NCBI GenBank assembly: GCA_965205015.1
Contig: OZ242029.1
Coordinates: forward strand, 352,001-416,000
Length of the DNA: 64,000 bases
Direction: 5' to 3'
Source: Candidatus Poribacteria bacterium
GTDB taxonomy: Bacteria > Poribacteria > WGA-4E > WGA-3G
The translations under genes and the position numbers were made by a program. Below are positions 10,101 through 18,033 of the stretch, piece by piece. Within the stretch, counting starts at the first letter, position 1. Each line of letters begins with the position of its first letter. The notes beneath the pieces are model-generated. The model was not told the origin of the DNA. It saw only the letters and a list, made by a program, of their open reading frames with translations, and did no database searches.

Positions 10101-10810
10101 AAAACATTCAGATCGGGCTACTCCCCACGGAATCCCCCGATATAAAAGGGTTTGATATTGCCGGGATGTCAGTCCCAGCAACGCAGGTGGGCGGCGATTT
10201 TTACGATTACCTGACGGTTGAAAATGGGCATACCGCTATTGCAGTCGCAGATGCCGCAGGCAAAGGATTACGCGGGGCTATGAATGCCGTGCTCACGAAC
10301 GGAATGCTACACGAAGTTGCCAGATTCAGATCCGACGCAGACGCGATCCTCACCGACCTCAATATAGGATTAGCACCCCGGATGTACGGTCCCAGTTTCA
10401 TCGCGCTGAACTTGGCAATTCTCAATGCATCCAATAAACGTATTGACTACGCCAACGGCGGTCAACCCTACCCGATTCTCAAAAGAAGCACAGAAATTAT
10501 TGAAATTGAGAATAGTGATCTGCCCCTCGGTGGTATGAAAAGCGTTCAATATGAATCTACCGCTTTCGATTTAACGGAAGGTGATATGCTGATCTTCCAT
10601 TCCGACGGTCTCATTGAAGCCCTCAACCCCAACGAAGAAATGTACGGTGCTGAACGTTTAATAGCAGTGGTGTCCCAAATACCAAACGAATACACCGCTG
10701 AGGAAGCGATCCAACACATCGTGGAAGACGTGAATAAATTTGTTGAGGCGGCAGAACAGTATGATGATTTAACGCTTGTTGTCATCAAACGTATCGCTGC
10801 CTCCTCGTAG
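7106..10810 (+). CDS. Beta-propeller (Reg_prop)/Y_Y_Y sensor fused to SpoIIE/PP2C phosphatase
   Basis: Signal peptide; repeats such as QDSRGTLWFG and EDSTGNIWFAT; YTGLKAGTYSFIVKA; TM helix; VGGDFYD, ADAAGKG, SDGLIEA, DDLTLVV. GTG start at 7106 is inferred (ORF is open from 6947). Confidence 0.9.
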   Translation: MSNLTKFVSILILCLIITPIEPSVASEHIETYTVADGLVGPIVPVIFQDSRGTLWFGSDRGGVSRFDGNTFVPYKAVPIASVETTVAGVQSGALLGWTRHIAEDKWGHIWFLTRDDSETIGQVSRFDGTSIQRIGTGRCFIVDKAGDVWVSENQRLTKYVTSGVQKPPEAYQHEIGSEDPRQSTETLTINVIFESEDGTLWLAGSEGTQETRTVILSFRETHRPDEKPGGRDVPNDKTRHPQPNIGFTRYSPPPIAIPIEAVTEDTAGNLWFGGYNLLLKFDGHTFQQILPLRSAQSGAWRYRPPRHAAFQKDTKGRLWFSDGRITRWWDGSQLQMPRNMPRILEIEDAWGHLWFTNENGEVEKYDATLQPIPYSIDHGLDIDRIRTIFEAMNGELWFGHDNGVTVFNPNPAIQNHGTGISRNLRRKSPSTFWTDIVKIFEVGKYIWFINKPIYGENATRYTFFRYGNDAFDQVSIFIKPQTGRPRRPSDRNPNLFVTEGAHRWLAFGGHLFKADAAGLLWFTNRFQRIPFQTSLEIDHADSPINALHTDADKLWVLYENGRVQSYPKKIGPATSLNIEPETLPYLIKVTKMFEMPSGAKWFFNAVTGKLIRWNVSDPTTPIVLKGQSRATPIAAWQDPTANQAEITFLFPDALKKYRDQALITTEDIELAPENVSLMTQEGVLWLATSHGAVRYDGNELTAYTTKNTSQNSRKERFLVDNVRDVIEDSTGNIWFATKGGGIVRYDGKTFDSLTTKDGLAHNNISKIYESADKDIWFATQGGVTQYTPTRGGLPFYRLTALQADKTYTVLSSRINLPVRGNKHIRFYVRGTSPLRQQLSYEFKIIGVDGPGWTKLSAAEFSLLPTGSGDSSDEWFPASELETQQATHHHGVQHGFQNRDGILCIRYTGLKAGTYSFIVKAFRKDWPYTHPPAVVDFSIPSPFWVQWRTYLPTLIFTIIVLALIARLVISRRHTAQLRNEMLQREAAEIQRIRAELDEAQNIQIGLLPTESPDIKGFDIAGMSVPATQVGGDFYDYLTVENGHTAIAVADAAGKGLRGAMNAVLTNGMLHEVARFRSDADAILTDLNIGLAPRMYGPSFIALNLAILNASNKRIDYANGGQPYPILKRSTEIIEIENSDLPLGGMKSVQYESTAFDLTEGDMLIFHSDGLIEALNPNEEMYGAERLIAVVSQIPNEYTAEEAIQHIVEDVNKFVEAAEQYDDLTLVVIKRIAASS

Positions 10811-10835
10811 CCAAGCCGTAAAAATTTAAGGGCTT

Positions 10836-12092
10836 TTACGGTGTTCGTTTAAGACTTGCCCAAGTGCCGACTCGCTTGCGTTTGACCGCACTCGGGGCCG
10901 CCGGAGCCGGTTGCTCGTAGAACCCGGGAGACCCCATGTCTTCCCGATGTCCATAGTAATAAACCTCCGGGGGCGACTCGCTTGGGACCACCTGATAAGA
11001 GACACGCGCCTTGTTCTGATGGAGCGGTGCCACCGGATCCCCGAACGCACTAAAAGCCTCCCTACCGAGACGGTGAATCTCTGCGCCATCGGCATCCGTC
11101 AATACCCACCCGCGTTTGAGGACGTTGTCTATGTTCAAGTTGTAGACCTGTGTTGCTTCTATCCCGGAAAATCGCCAAGCTGGGAGGTGTCGGGTGGATA
11201 GAATCGCGACACCGTCCCCTGGGATGCTGAACCCGTCCTGTGTTCCAGCGAGCGTCAGCGTATGGACTTTATGGGGGGCGGTGGCAGACCGTCGGGTGGC
11301 GTATTGGAACGTGTAGCCTTTGAGGTTGACGGTTTCCTCGGTGTTGGGGTTATACACCTCAATCCACTGTGGTAATCCACTACTCCCAGCAGACCAATCT
11401 CTGACCATATACTCTGTTATGCGTATGGGTAATAAAGGTTGACGCTCGGGTTGTGTTTCTGGTGTACCCTCAAGAACTGTTCCGTATTTTTGTTGGGCTC
11501 TGAGGAAATCTTGTTCTGTGCTTGTGTCAACAGGGGTGCCGCTATCACCTGCTTCGGATGTCCCTTCAGGGGTGCCACTCTCCTCTACTGCCGGGGGTGC
11601 CCCGCCTCCGCCCCCTACTGTTGGAATCGGCGTTTCCGTTGGATTTTGCATTGGAGTCGTTCGCGTGCCGACGTTAGAGTGGTCGTCATCCACGGTGTGC
11701 GGATCACTGTGCGTGTCCAATGGACTCGTGTGAGAGTGTGTCCCTGTATGCGTGTGCGACACGTAGTTGCCATGTTTGTGGGCAGGAAAGGTATGCTGAT
11801 GCTCAGTTTCGGTTAAAATGCCACCGTCGAATGTCTCCCGCATACGCAGGACCCCACTTGTTCTCAGTTCATCTGCAGTATACTCCACTTTGTACACATG
11901 AACGTGGACACCATCTTCATTCTCATTTTTTTCTATGGTAACCCCAGGATCGCTCAACCTTTTGGGGGTCTCTTTCCCACTCTCTGGATGACGCAGTGTA
12001 ACTATGAGCATGTCGGCGGGGGGATCGTGTGCAAACACGGATGCAACACTGACGAACACACAGAGAATTGATAAAATGCTGAATCTAAACAT
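10836..12092 (-). CDS. Secreted lamin-tail-domain protein with His-rich segment
   Basis: Signal peptide; His-rich HQHTFPAHKH...HTHTGTHSH; IRITEYM..PQWIEVYNP..VNLKGY (LTD-like); tail RVGTWASLKR. Confidence 0.7.
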   Translation of the reverse strand: MFRFSILSILCVFVSVASVFAHDPPADMLIVTLRHPESGKETPKRLSDPGVTIEKNENEDGVHVHVYKVEYTADELRTSGVLRMRETFDGGILTETEHQHTFPAHKHGNYVSHTHTGTHSHTSPLDTHSDPHTVDDDHSNVGTRTTPMQNPTETPIPTVGGGGGAPPAVEESGTPEGTSEAGDSGTPVDTSTEQDFLRAQQKYGTVLEGTPETQPERQPLLPIRITEYMVRDWSAGSSGLPQWIEVYNPNTEETVNLKGYTFQYATRRSATAPHKVHTLTLAGTQDGFSIPGDGVAILSTRHLPAWRFSGIEATQVYNLNIDNVLKRGWVLTDADGAEIHRLGREAFSAFGDPVAPLHQNKARVSYQVVPSESPPEVYYYGHREDMGSPGFYEQPAPAAPSAVKRKRVGTWASLKRTP

Positions 12093-12308
12093 TGTAAGTT
12101 TCTGCTCCTTTAGGTTTGGTGAACCTATGGATAGATGTACCTGAATTTGCGGATGCTGCTAAGTTCTACATCTATTAGGACTTACACACGATGTTCTTTT
12201 GTAGCATAACCTGTTAGGTTGTGCATCTCAAGGCACAAACAGAATCTCTACAGAAAAGGTCACATTTTTCTTAGAGGCGACCCGGCACTTACGCGACAAG
12301 ACCGAGGT

Positions 12309-13199
12309 CTATTTTCGGCGGGACAGGTACTCAGACAGCGCATAGTCGAACGGCGTGGCGGTATCCATCTGAACGTAATCGATCTGGCTCGCGCCACATC
12401 CGCGACGGTAACTCTGAATGAACTGATTCAATTTTTCAAGATAATCCGCTTTCAGCGTATCCGCCTGCGTTGAAAGCGTCTGCCCGGTTTCCATATCCCG
12501 AAAGACGACAGAACCGGTATACGGGAAGGTAAGTTCGGCAGGATCGAGTAGATGGAAAACGATGACCTCATGCTTCTGATGACGAAGGTGTTTCAGGGCA
12601 GAGATGACCTGCGAGGGTTCGTCAAGTAGATCGGAAATGACGATCACCAAACCCCGTCTCACAATCCGTTTGGCGAGTTCGTGGAACAGACCGCTCAACT
12701 CGGTCTCTTGACCGGGCGTAGCACTTTCCAAAGCGGACATAATCGCTCGTAGATGCGTGGCGGCACCCCTCGGCGGAATGTATTGCGTAATCTCCGTGTC
12801 AAAGAGCGCTAAACCGACAGAGTCGCGCTGTTTCAGCATCAGATAGGTAAGCGTCGCGGCGAGATAACAGCCGTATTCAAACTTCGTCAATCCCTCCGCT
12901 GCGTGTTTATAGTTCATCGACGCACTCGTATCAAGCAGGATATAGGCGCGGAGGTTCGTCTCCTCTTCAAACTTTTTGACGTAATACCGATCCGATTTCC
13001 CGTAGACTTTCCAGTCGATATAACGGATCTCATCGCCGGGCATATACTGCCGGTGTTCGGCGAACTCTACGCTGAACCCTTGATAGGGACTTTTGTGCAA
13101 CCCGGTGACGAACCCCTCAACGACAAGCCTCGCCACGAGTTCCATACCGCCAATTCGAGAGAGTGCAACTGGGTCTAAGTATTTATGAGATGTCTGCAT
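12309..13199 (-). CDS. DUF58 (vWA-like) protein
   Basis: EFAEHRQYMPGDEIRYIDWK, LLDTSASM, ISDL. Confidence 0.93.
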   Translation of the reverse strand: MQTSHKYLDPVALSRIGGMELVARLVVEGFVTGLHKSPYQGFSVEFAEHRQYMPGDEIRYIDWKVYGKSDRYYVKKFEEETNLRAYILLDTSASMNYKHAAEGLTKFEYGCYLAATLTYLMLKQRDSVGLALFDTEITQYIPPRGAATHLRAIMSALESATPGQETELSGLFHELAKRIVRRGLVIVISDLLDEPSQVISALKHLRHQKHEVIVFHLLDPAELTFPYTGSVVFRDMETGQTLSTQADTLKADYLEKLNQFIQSYRRGCGASQIDYVQMDTATPFDYALSEYLSRRK

Positions 13200-13214
13200 A
13201 TTTCTTTTACTGGA

Positions 13215-13478
13215 TCACTTAAAAACGGCGATCGAACGGTCCTCATGGACAATATCGTCTATAAAATACAAGCGTTCTTCATCATCCATAGCGTCCCAAT
13301 CTAACCCACGCTCGGTGCATAATTGCCGGACCTTTGATTCGGCATACTTCATTCGCTTCTCGCGTTCTGCTGGTGTTTCCTTTGTAAGTGCGCGAACAAC
13401 CAAGAATTTTTCTTCGGGTGGCATTTGCTGAACTAAATCAATGATCTGTTCAGTAGTTAATTCAATAGTCAAATTCAT
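13215..13478 (-). CDS. Small hypothetical protein; SD split by IS insertion
   Basis: 87 aa from ATG 13478; the native SD and promoter now lie beyond the IS, at 14987-15035. Confidence 0.7.
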   Translation of the reverse strand: MNLTIELTTEQIIDLVQQMPPEEKFLVVRALTKETPAEREKRMKYAESKVRQLCTERGLDWDAMDDEERLYFIDDIVHEDRSIAVFK

Positions 13479-13575
13479 GAGATTCACCTAAGTTTACGGA
13501 TTGGAGGTTTCCCAAACTTTTAAGTTTGGGAGGAAAATCCGCCCTCTTGGAAAGGACCAAAATGTTTATTTTCCC

Positions 13576-13605
13576 TTGACACTTGGTTCGAAATTGTGGT
13601 ATAAT
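13576..13605 (+). promoter_or_regulatory. sigma70-type promoter of tnpB element
   Basis: TTGACA-18nt-TATAAT with extended -10. Confidence 0.7.
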
Positions 13606-13619
13606 ATTAGTATCGTGTT

Positions 13620-13677
13620 GGCAGACATGTTTAGCATTACCGCTTGGTAATGTGTCTGCCTCCCACTAAGCAGGGGA
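13620..13677 (+). ncRNA. Putative structured 5' leader RNA (pseudoknot) of tnpB
   Basis: GGCAGACAT/GTGTCTGCC, ATTACC-GCTT-GGTAAT, TCCC/GGGA, and pseudoknot TGTTTAG/CTAAGCA. Confidence 0.6.
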
Positions 13678-13701
13678 TAAATACACGATACACGATATAC
13701 C

Positions 13702-14970
13702 ATGAAATTAACCTTTGAATATCCTGTGTATCCAACACAGACCCAGGAAGAAACTTTATTAGGATGGACCTGACCATCTCTGTGAACTTCAGAACTCTGC
13801 GCGCAACAATCGCAAACATGCGCATGAGACAGAAGGTCGTTTTGTTTCGCGATATGACCAGGAACAACTCTTGAAGGGTGCCCGTGAGAAATATGACGAT
13901 TTTCGCCAAGTCCCTCAAGATTTCCAAGTGTCTATCCTCAAACGTGTTGACAGGGCCTTTGATGCCTTCCGTAAGCGGTGTAAAGAAGGAGCAGAGAAAA
14001 AAGGGTATCCTCGCTACAAAATGCGTGTGCGTTCTCTGACGTGGTGCTTGCGAAAGCATAAACGCAAAACAGGTGAACGTGTCCGCCAAAATCCGATACG
14101 AGAAACCACATGGAAACACGACCGTTTGAAAGTGCCGAAACTCGATGAAATCAAGATATACATGCACCGTCCGCTTCAAGGCGATCCGAAAGAAGTGACA
14201 CTCGTGAAAAAAGCAAGTGGCTGGTATGCACATATCACTTGTGAACTACCTGACACTCCAAAGGTTGAACCAACAGATGCGATTGCGGTTGATGTTGGCA
14301 CGACACACTATCTGACGACTTCCGAAGGTGAAAAGGAAGAGAATCCGCGTTGGTATCGCCAAGCAGAAGGTTTGCTCCGAAAACACGCGAAAGACCTATC
14401 GCGTAAAAAGTTAGGTAGCAACCGAAGAAAGAAACAACAACACAAACTCGCTTTACACCATGAACGAACCGCGAACAAACGCAAAGACTTTATCGGTAAA
14501 CTCGTCTACAAACTCTATCATCATCTAAAAAACAACGTCCTTATCGCTGAAGACCTCAGCGTATCTAACATGGTTCAGAATAAACACCTCAGCAAGAGCA
14601 TCAGCGATGCATCTTGGGCAAAGTTCTTTCAGTGGGCTGGAAACATAGTTCCGAAAGAGACGGTTTCCACTTCCACCAAGTCGATCCTAAGAACACTTCG
14701 CAAATCTGCTCTGCCTGCGGTAAGAAGTCGCCCAAGAAACTCTCTTTAGCGATACGCACCTTTGATTGTAGTTTTTGTGGCACGGTTTTAGACCGAGACC
14801 ACAACGCTGCGATAAACATACTTTTACGGGCGGCTTGCGCCCTTCGTGGAGAGCGTTGGGTTACCGACCTCTATGAAGCGAGAAACACCAACGAAGCACG
14901 AGACACGGGCTTTGAGACTGCTGAACAACTGCTGTTGTTTAACGACCTCTTAACAAGCCCAAGTCTTTAG
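13702..14970 (+). pseudogene. tnpB: TnpB with two frameshifts (~13768 and ~14647)
   Basis: MKLTFEYPVYPT start; AIAVDVG, IAEDL, CSACG..CSFCG zinc finger and DRDHNAAINIL, spread over three segments. Confidence 0.88.
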
Positions 14971-15006
14971 GCTTGGGTACATTGACCTCCTAAATCCTGA
15001 AATTCA

Positions 15007-15035
15007 ATTATAACAAAAATTGGCCTGAATATCAA
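15007..15035 (-). promoter_or_regulatory. Displaced promoter of the 13478 gene/DUF58 unit
   Basis: TTGATA-17nt-TATAAT followed by TTAGGAG at the IS junction. Confidence 0.6.
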
Positions 15036-15054
15036 CTGAGATTCGTAAATTCAT

Positions 15055-16401
15055 CAGGGGTATTCAGTTTTCGGTTTTTTCGTAATATTTTTCACATCTG
15101 TTAATATTATAAAATAAACAGATACAGCGTGACTTTTCCCGCTGTATCTGCTATACTTCACCGTAAAAAACCATCACATTTTTTGAGGTGAATCATGACA
15201 AGAAGTTCCTCTTGCCACTTACTTGACATATTAGCAGAAGTTCCGGATCCACGCCATAAAAAAGGGAAACGCTACAACTTGGGGTCTATCCTTGCGCTGC
15301 TCGTCATCGGTGTAATGTCGAATCATAAAGGGTATACGTCTATAGCGACTTGGGCACGGCATCAAGGGGCCCTGGCAAAAGCGTTAGGTTTCAAATCAGA
15401 GAAGACCCCGTGTGCTGGAACGCTTCATAATCTTTTGAAGCGTCTTGACGTCGTGAGTCTCGAAGCCTTACTCACGAAATGGGTGTTTTCAAAACTTGAA
15501 AGTCTTCAAGTTTTGAAAACACAGGATTTACAAGGGGTGGCGATAGATGGCAAAGAGTTATGTGGCTCCAAAGACCCAGAAACCCGATACCGCACACATT
15601 TACTCTCCGCTGTCTCTCATGAGTTAGGGATTACCCTTACACAGCGGGCTGTCAGTGGAAAAACAAATGAGATCCCCATCTCAACGCAACTTCTGAAAAC
15701 CTTTGATGTCACCGGGAAAGTCATAACAACAGATGCACTTTTGACCCAAAGAACCTTTTGTAAAGAGGTTCTCAAATATCACGCAAACTATGCAATGCCC
15801 GTCAAAGAGAATCACAAACAGATGTATCACGACATTCGCGAACTCTTTGAACCGCTTTCGGAGACAGACACACCACACGTCCAAGCACGACGGTTTCAGA
15901 ACCTACACACCGAGGCAGACGCACACCTTGATACCCACACAGACGTTGAAACATCACACGGGTTTATCACCACACGCACGCTAACAGCAAGCACACTCTT
16001 GACGGATTATATCAACTGGCCAGGACTCGCACAAGTGTATCAATACCAATCCAAGCGGGAGAATACCAAAACAGGCAAGACTACCTACCAGACGCAGTAT
16101 GGCATCACGAGTCTTACACCACAAGACGCATCCGCAGAAACTTTGCTCAAACTCCGACGCCAACACTGGACGATAGAAAACAAAGTCCATTGGGTGCGAG
16201 ATGTCGTCCTCGGGGAGGACGCTTCACAAGCAAGAACAGGGAGACTCCCACAAGTCATGGCTGCCCTACGCAACACTGCCCTGGCTCTCTTACGCTTTGA
16301 CGGACACACAAAAATTGCGGAAACACTGCGATTTTTCGCTGCAAAACCTAAACTCGCAGTTAAACTCATACAGTGACAAAACTTAAAACTAAATACCCCT
16401 G
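15055..16401 (+). mobile_element. ISAs1-family insertion sequence
   Basis: 17-bp IRs CAGGGGTATT(C/T)AGTTTT; 10-bp TSD GTAAATTCAT at 15045-15054 and 16402-16411. Confidence 0.93.
15195..16376 (+). CDS. ISAs1 transposase
   Basis: VPDPR, AIDGK, KTNEIP, ITTDALLTQ, HWTIENKVHWVRDVVLGED. Confidence 0.95.
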   Translation: MTRSSSCHLLDILAEVPDPRHKKGKRYNLGSILALLVIGVMSNHKGYTSIATWARHQGALAKALGFKSEKTPCAGTLHNLLKRLDVVSLEALLTKWVFSKLESLQVLKTQDLQGVAIDGKELCGSKDPETRYRTHLLSAVSHELGITLTQRAVSGKTNEIPISTQLLKTFDVTGKVITTDALLTQRTFCKEVLKYHANYAMPVKENHKQMYHDIRELFEPLSETDTPHVQARRFQNLHTEADAHLDTHTDVETSHGFITTRTLTASTLLTDYINWPGLAQVYQYQSKRENTKTGKTTYQTQYGITSLTPQDASAETLLKLRRQHWTIENKVHWVRDVVLGEDASQARTGRLPQVMAALRNTALALLRFDGHTKIAETLRFFAAKPKLAVKLIQ

Positions 16402-16493
16402 GTAAATTCATAAAGGTGCTACTTGACAGGTGAAACATCTAAATGGTATAATTGTATACACAATAATTATACGGATGAAGGAGATAGCAAAAG

Positions 16494-17291
16494 ATGGAAA
16501 CCAGAGTTACAAGGTTAAAATTAGTATGTGTCAGCTCAATGGCGATTAGCCTAATGTTTGTAGGTATCAGTTTCGCTGACGTTGACTTTGCAGATTGCGT
16601 CGGCATGTGGCTCTTCGATGAAGGGACTGGTAAGAAAGCCGAAGATTCCTCTGGAACGGGCAATGACGGCTCGATCGAGGGGGGTGCGAAATGGGTTGAT
16701 GGCAAATTTGGCAAGGGTTTAAGCCTTAATGGCTCGGATGCTTACGTGGAAATTGAGCACGATGACTCTTTAAATGTGGGGGGCGCGCACACGATTGCGC
16801 TTTGGGTTAAATTAGATAAGCCTCCCGGTGCTGGCATGGGTGTGGTGACCAAAGACGATTGGGCTCCTGGATTCTGGTGGGATGCCGGTAGAATCCGACA
16901 TCATACACATGACCCAGGCGGCACGCTTCACTTTATAGATGCACCCTGGAAGCCAGATACAGACTGGCATCACGTTGCCGTTACCTGGGATGGGGACGGG
17001 TTCGGCGTATATATAGACGCCGATCAGATTGGTGATGGTGTAACGACACCAAACTTAGGAAGGAACCCTTTGACGGATAAGCCCCTTTTAATAGGTATCT
17101 ACCTTGCTACTGGACAACACGGTCAGTGGGGTCAGTTTCTCGGTGCAATCATTGACGATGTTGCCGTCTTCAATGTGGCATTGGACGGTGATGACCTTGA
17201 AACCCTTATGAATGAGGGATTAGCAACAGCGGCTGATATTGAACCTGCGGGGAAGCTCACAACGACTTGGGCTGACATCAAAGCCGATTAA
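16494..17291 (+). CDS. Secreted LamG-like jelly-roll protein
   Basis: WLFDEGTG..DSSG, WHHVAVTWDG, IDDVAVFN; tail EPAGKLTTTWADIK; promoter TTGACA-18-TATAAT at 16423-16452. Confidence 0.9.
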   Translation: METRVTRLKLVCVSSMAISLMFVGISFADVDFADCVGMWLFDEGTGKKAEDSSGTGNDGSIEGGAKWVDGKFGKGLSLNGSDAYVEIEHDDSLNVGGAHTIALWVKLDKPPGAGMGVVTKDDWAPGFWWDAGRIRHHTHDPGGTLHFIDAPWKPDTDWHHVAVTWDGDGFGVYIDADQIGDGVTTPNLGRNPLTDKPLLIGIYLATGQHGQWGQFLGAIIDDVAVFNVALDGDDLETLMNEGLATAADIEPAGKLTTTWADIKAD

Positions 17292-17438
17292 CCGACTTCC
17301 ACACCGAAAGAGTGCGTTGGTTGACAATTTGCCGATGCTTGTGGCAAAAGCAGATGTGCTGTAATCCGAGCCACAACTGCATCGGCTTGTTGCAAAGAAG
17401 ATTGTAATTATGGTAGAGACTACTAAGGAATAGATTTA

Positions 17439-17801
17439 ATGGGACATCCAGTCGTCCATTTTGAAATATCGGGCAGGGACGGTGAATCCCTAAGCGAGTT
17501 TTACAGTTCCCTGTTTGGTTGGAATATTAACTATAACACACACGGCGTTTACAGCGTCGATCCAGCGTCAGAGAATGGGGTAGATGGACACATATTCTCA
17601 ACGACCGACGATATGTGCTCTGATAACGGTGTCACCATTTATATTCAGGTAGACGATCTTCAGGCATCGCTTGAGAAGGTGGAAAGTAGTGGGGGGCAGA
17701 TACTTGTGCCGCCGCGTCCGATTCCAAGCGGCATGGGTTCCTTCGCGCTGTTCCTCGATCCAAGCGGAAACTGCATTGGTCTGTATCAACCTAAGGTGTG
17801 A
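17439..17801 (+). CDS. VOC/glyoxalase family protein
   Basis: PVVHFEI..FYSSLFGW..YIQVDDL..GG..FALFLDPSGN. Confidence 0.9.
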   Translation: MGHPVVHFEISGRDGESLSEFYSSLFGWNINYNTHGVYSVDPASENGVDGHIFSTTDDMCSDNGVTIYIQVDDLQASLEKVESSGGQILVPPRPIPSGMGSFALFLDPSGNCIGLYQPKV

Positions 17802-17832
17802 TTGTCTGTCATTTGGGTATAAAATCGCAGTG

Positions 17833-17959
17833 TTATAGTAGAGTCAATAATTACTTGGGCACCCCGATTGTAGCGCAAACTGTTAGTTTGCGTGCCTCCC
17901 CTGCACAAACTGGACAGTTTGTGCTACGAATGTTCACTTATTTTTCGGTTTTACTATAA
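17833..17959. mobile_element. MITE-like element with GTAG-type REP core
   Basis: Imperfect terminal IR TTATAGTA../..TACTATAA; internal GTAGCGCAAACT..AGTTTGCG and GCACAAACT..AGTTTGTGCTAC; a similar core occurs at ~27351-27412. Confidence 0.55.
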
Positions 17960-17978
17960 TGCATGGACTCGCAAAAAA

Positions 17979-18015
17979 ATGGGGTGGTGAACTGAGTTTC
18001 ACCCCCCTGTTTCTT
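17979..18015. terminator. Probable bidirectional terminator
   Basis: A-tract, GGGGTGGTGAA-loop-TTCACCCCCC, T-rich tail, between convergent genes. Confidence 0.6.
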
Positions 18016-18033
18016 TAAACCATACAGGCAATT

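Larger units (their letters stand above)
13488..14986 (+). mobile_element. IS200/IS605-family tnpB-only element
   Basis: Left hairpin CCCAAACTTTTAAGTTTGGG, right hairpin CCCAAGTCTTTAGGCTTGGG, ends ..TTGAC. No TSD; removing it restores AGGAGGTG-ATG on the minus strand. Confidence 0.88.

Noticed and set aside
9174-10145. 323-aa alternative-frame ORF and other long overlapping ORFs (20521-21240, 23308-23871, 62194-62922)
   Set aside because: They overlap well-supported genes and have no motifs or SD; codon-bias artefacts
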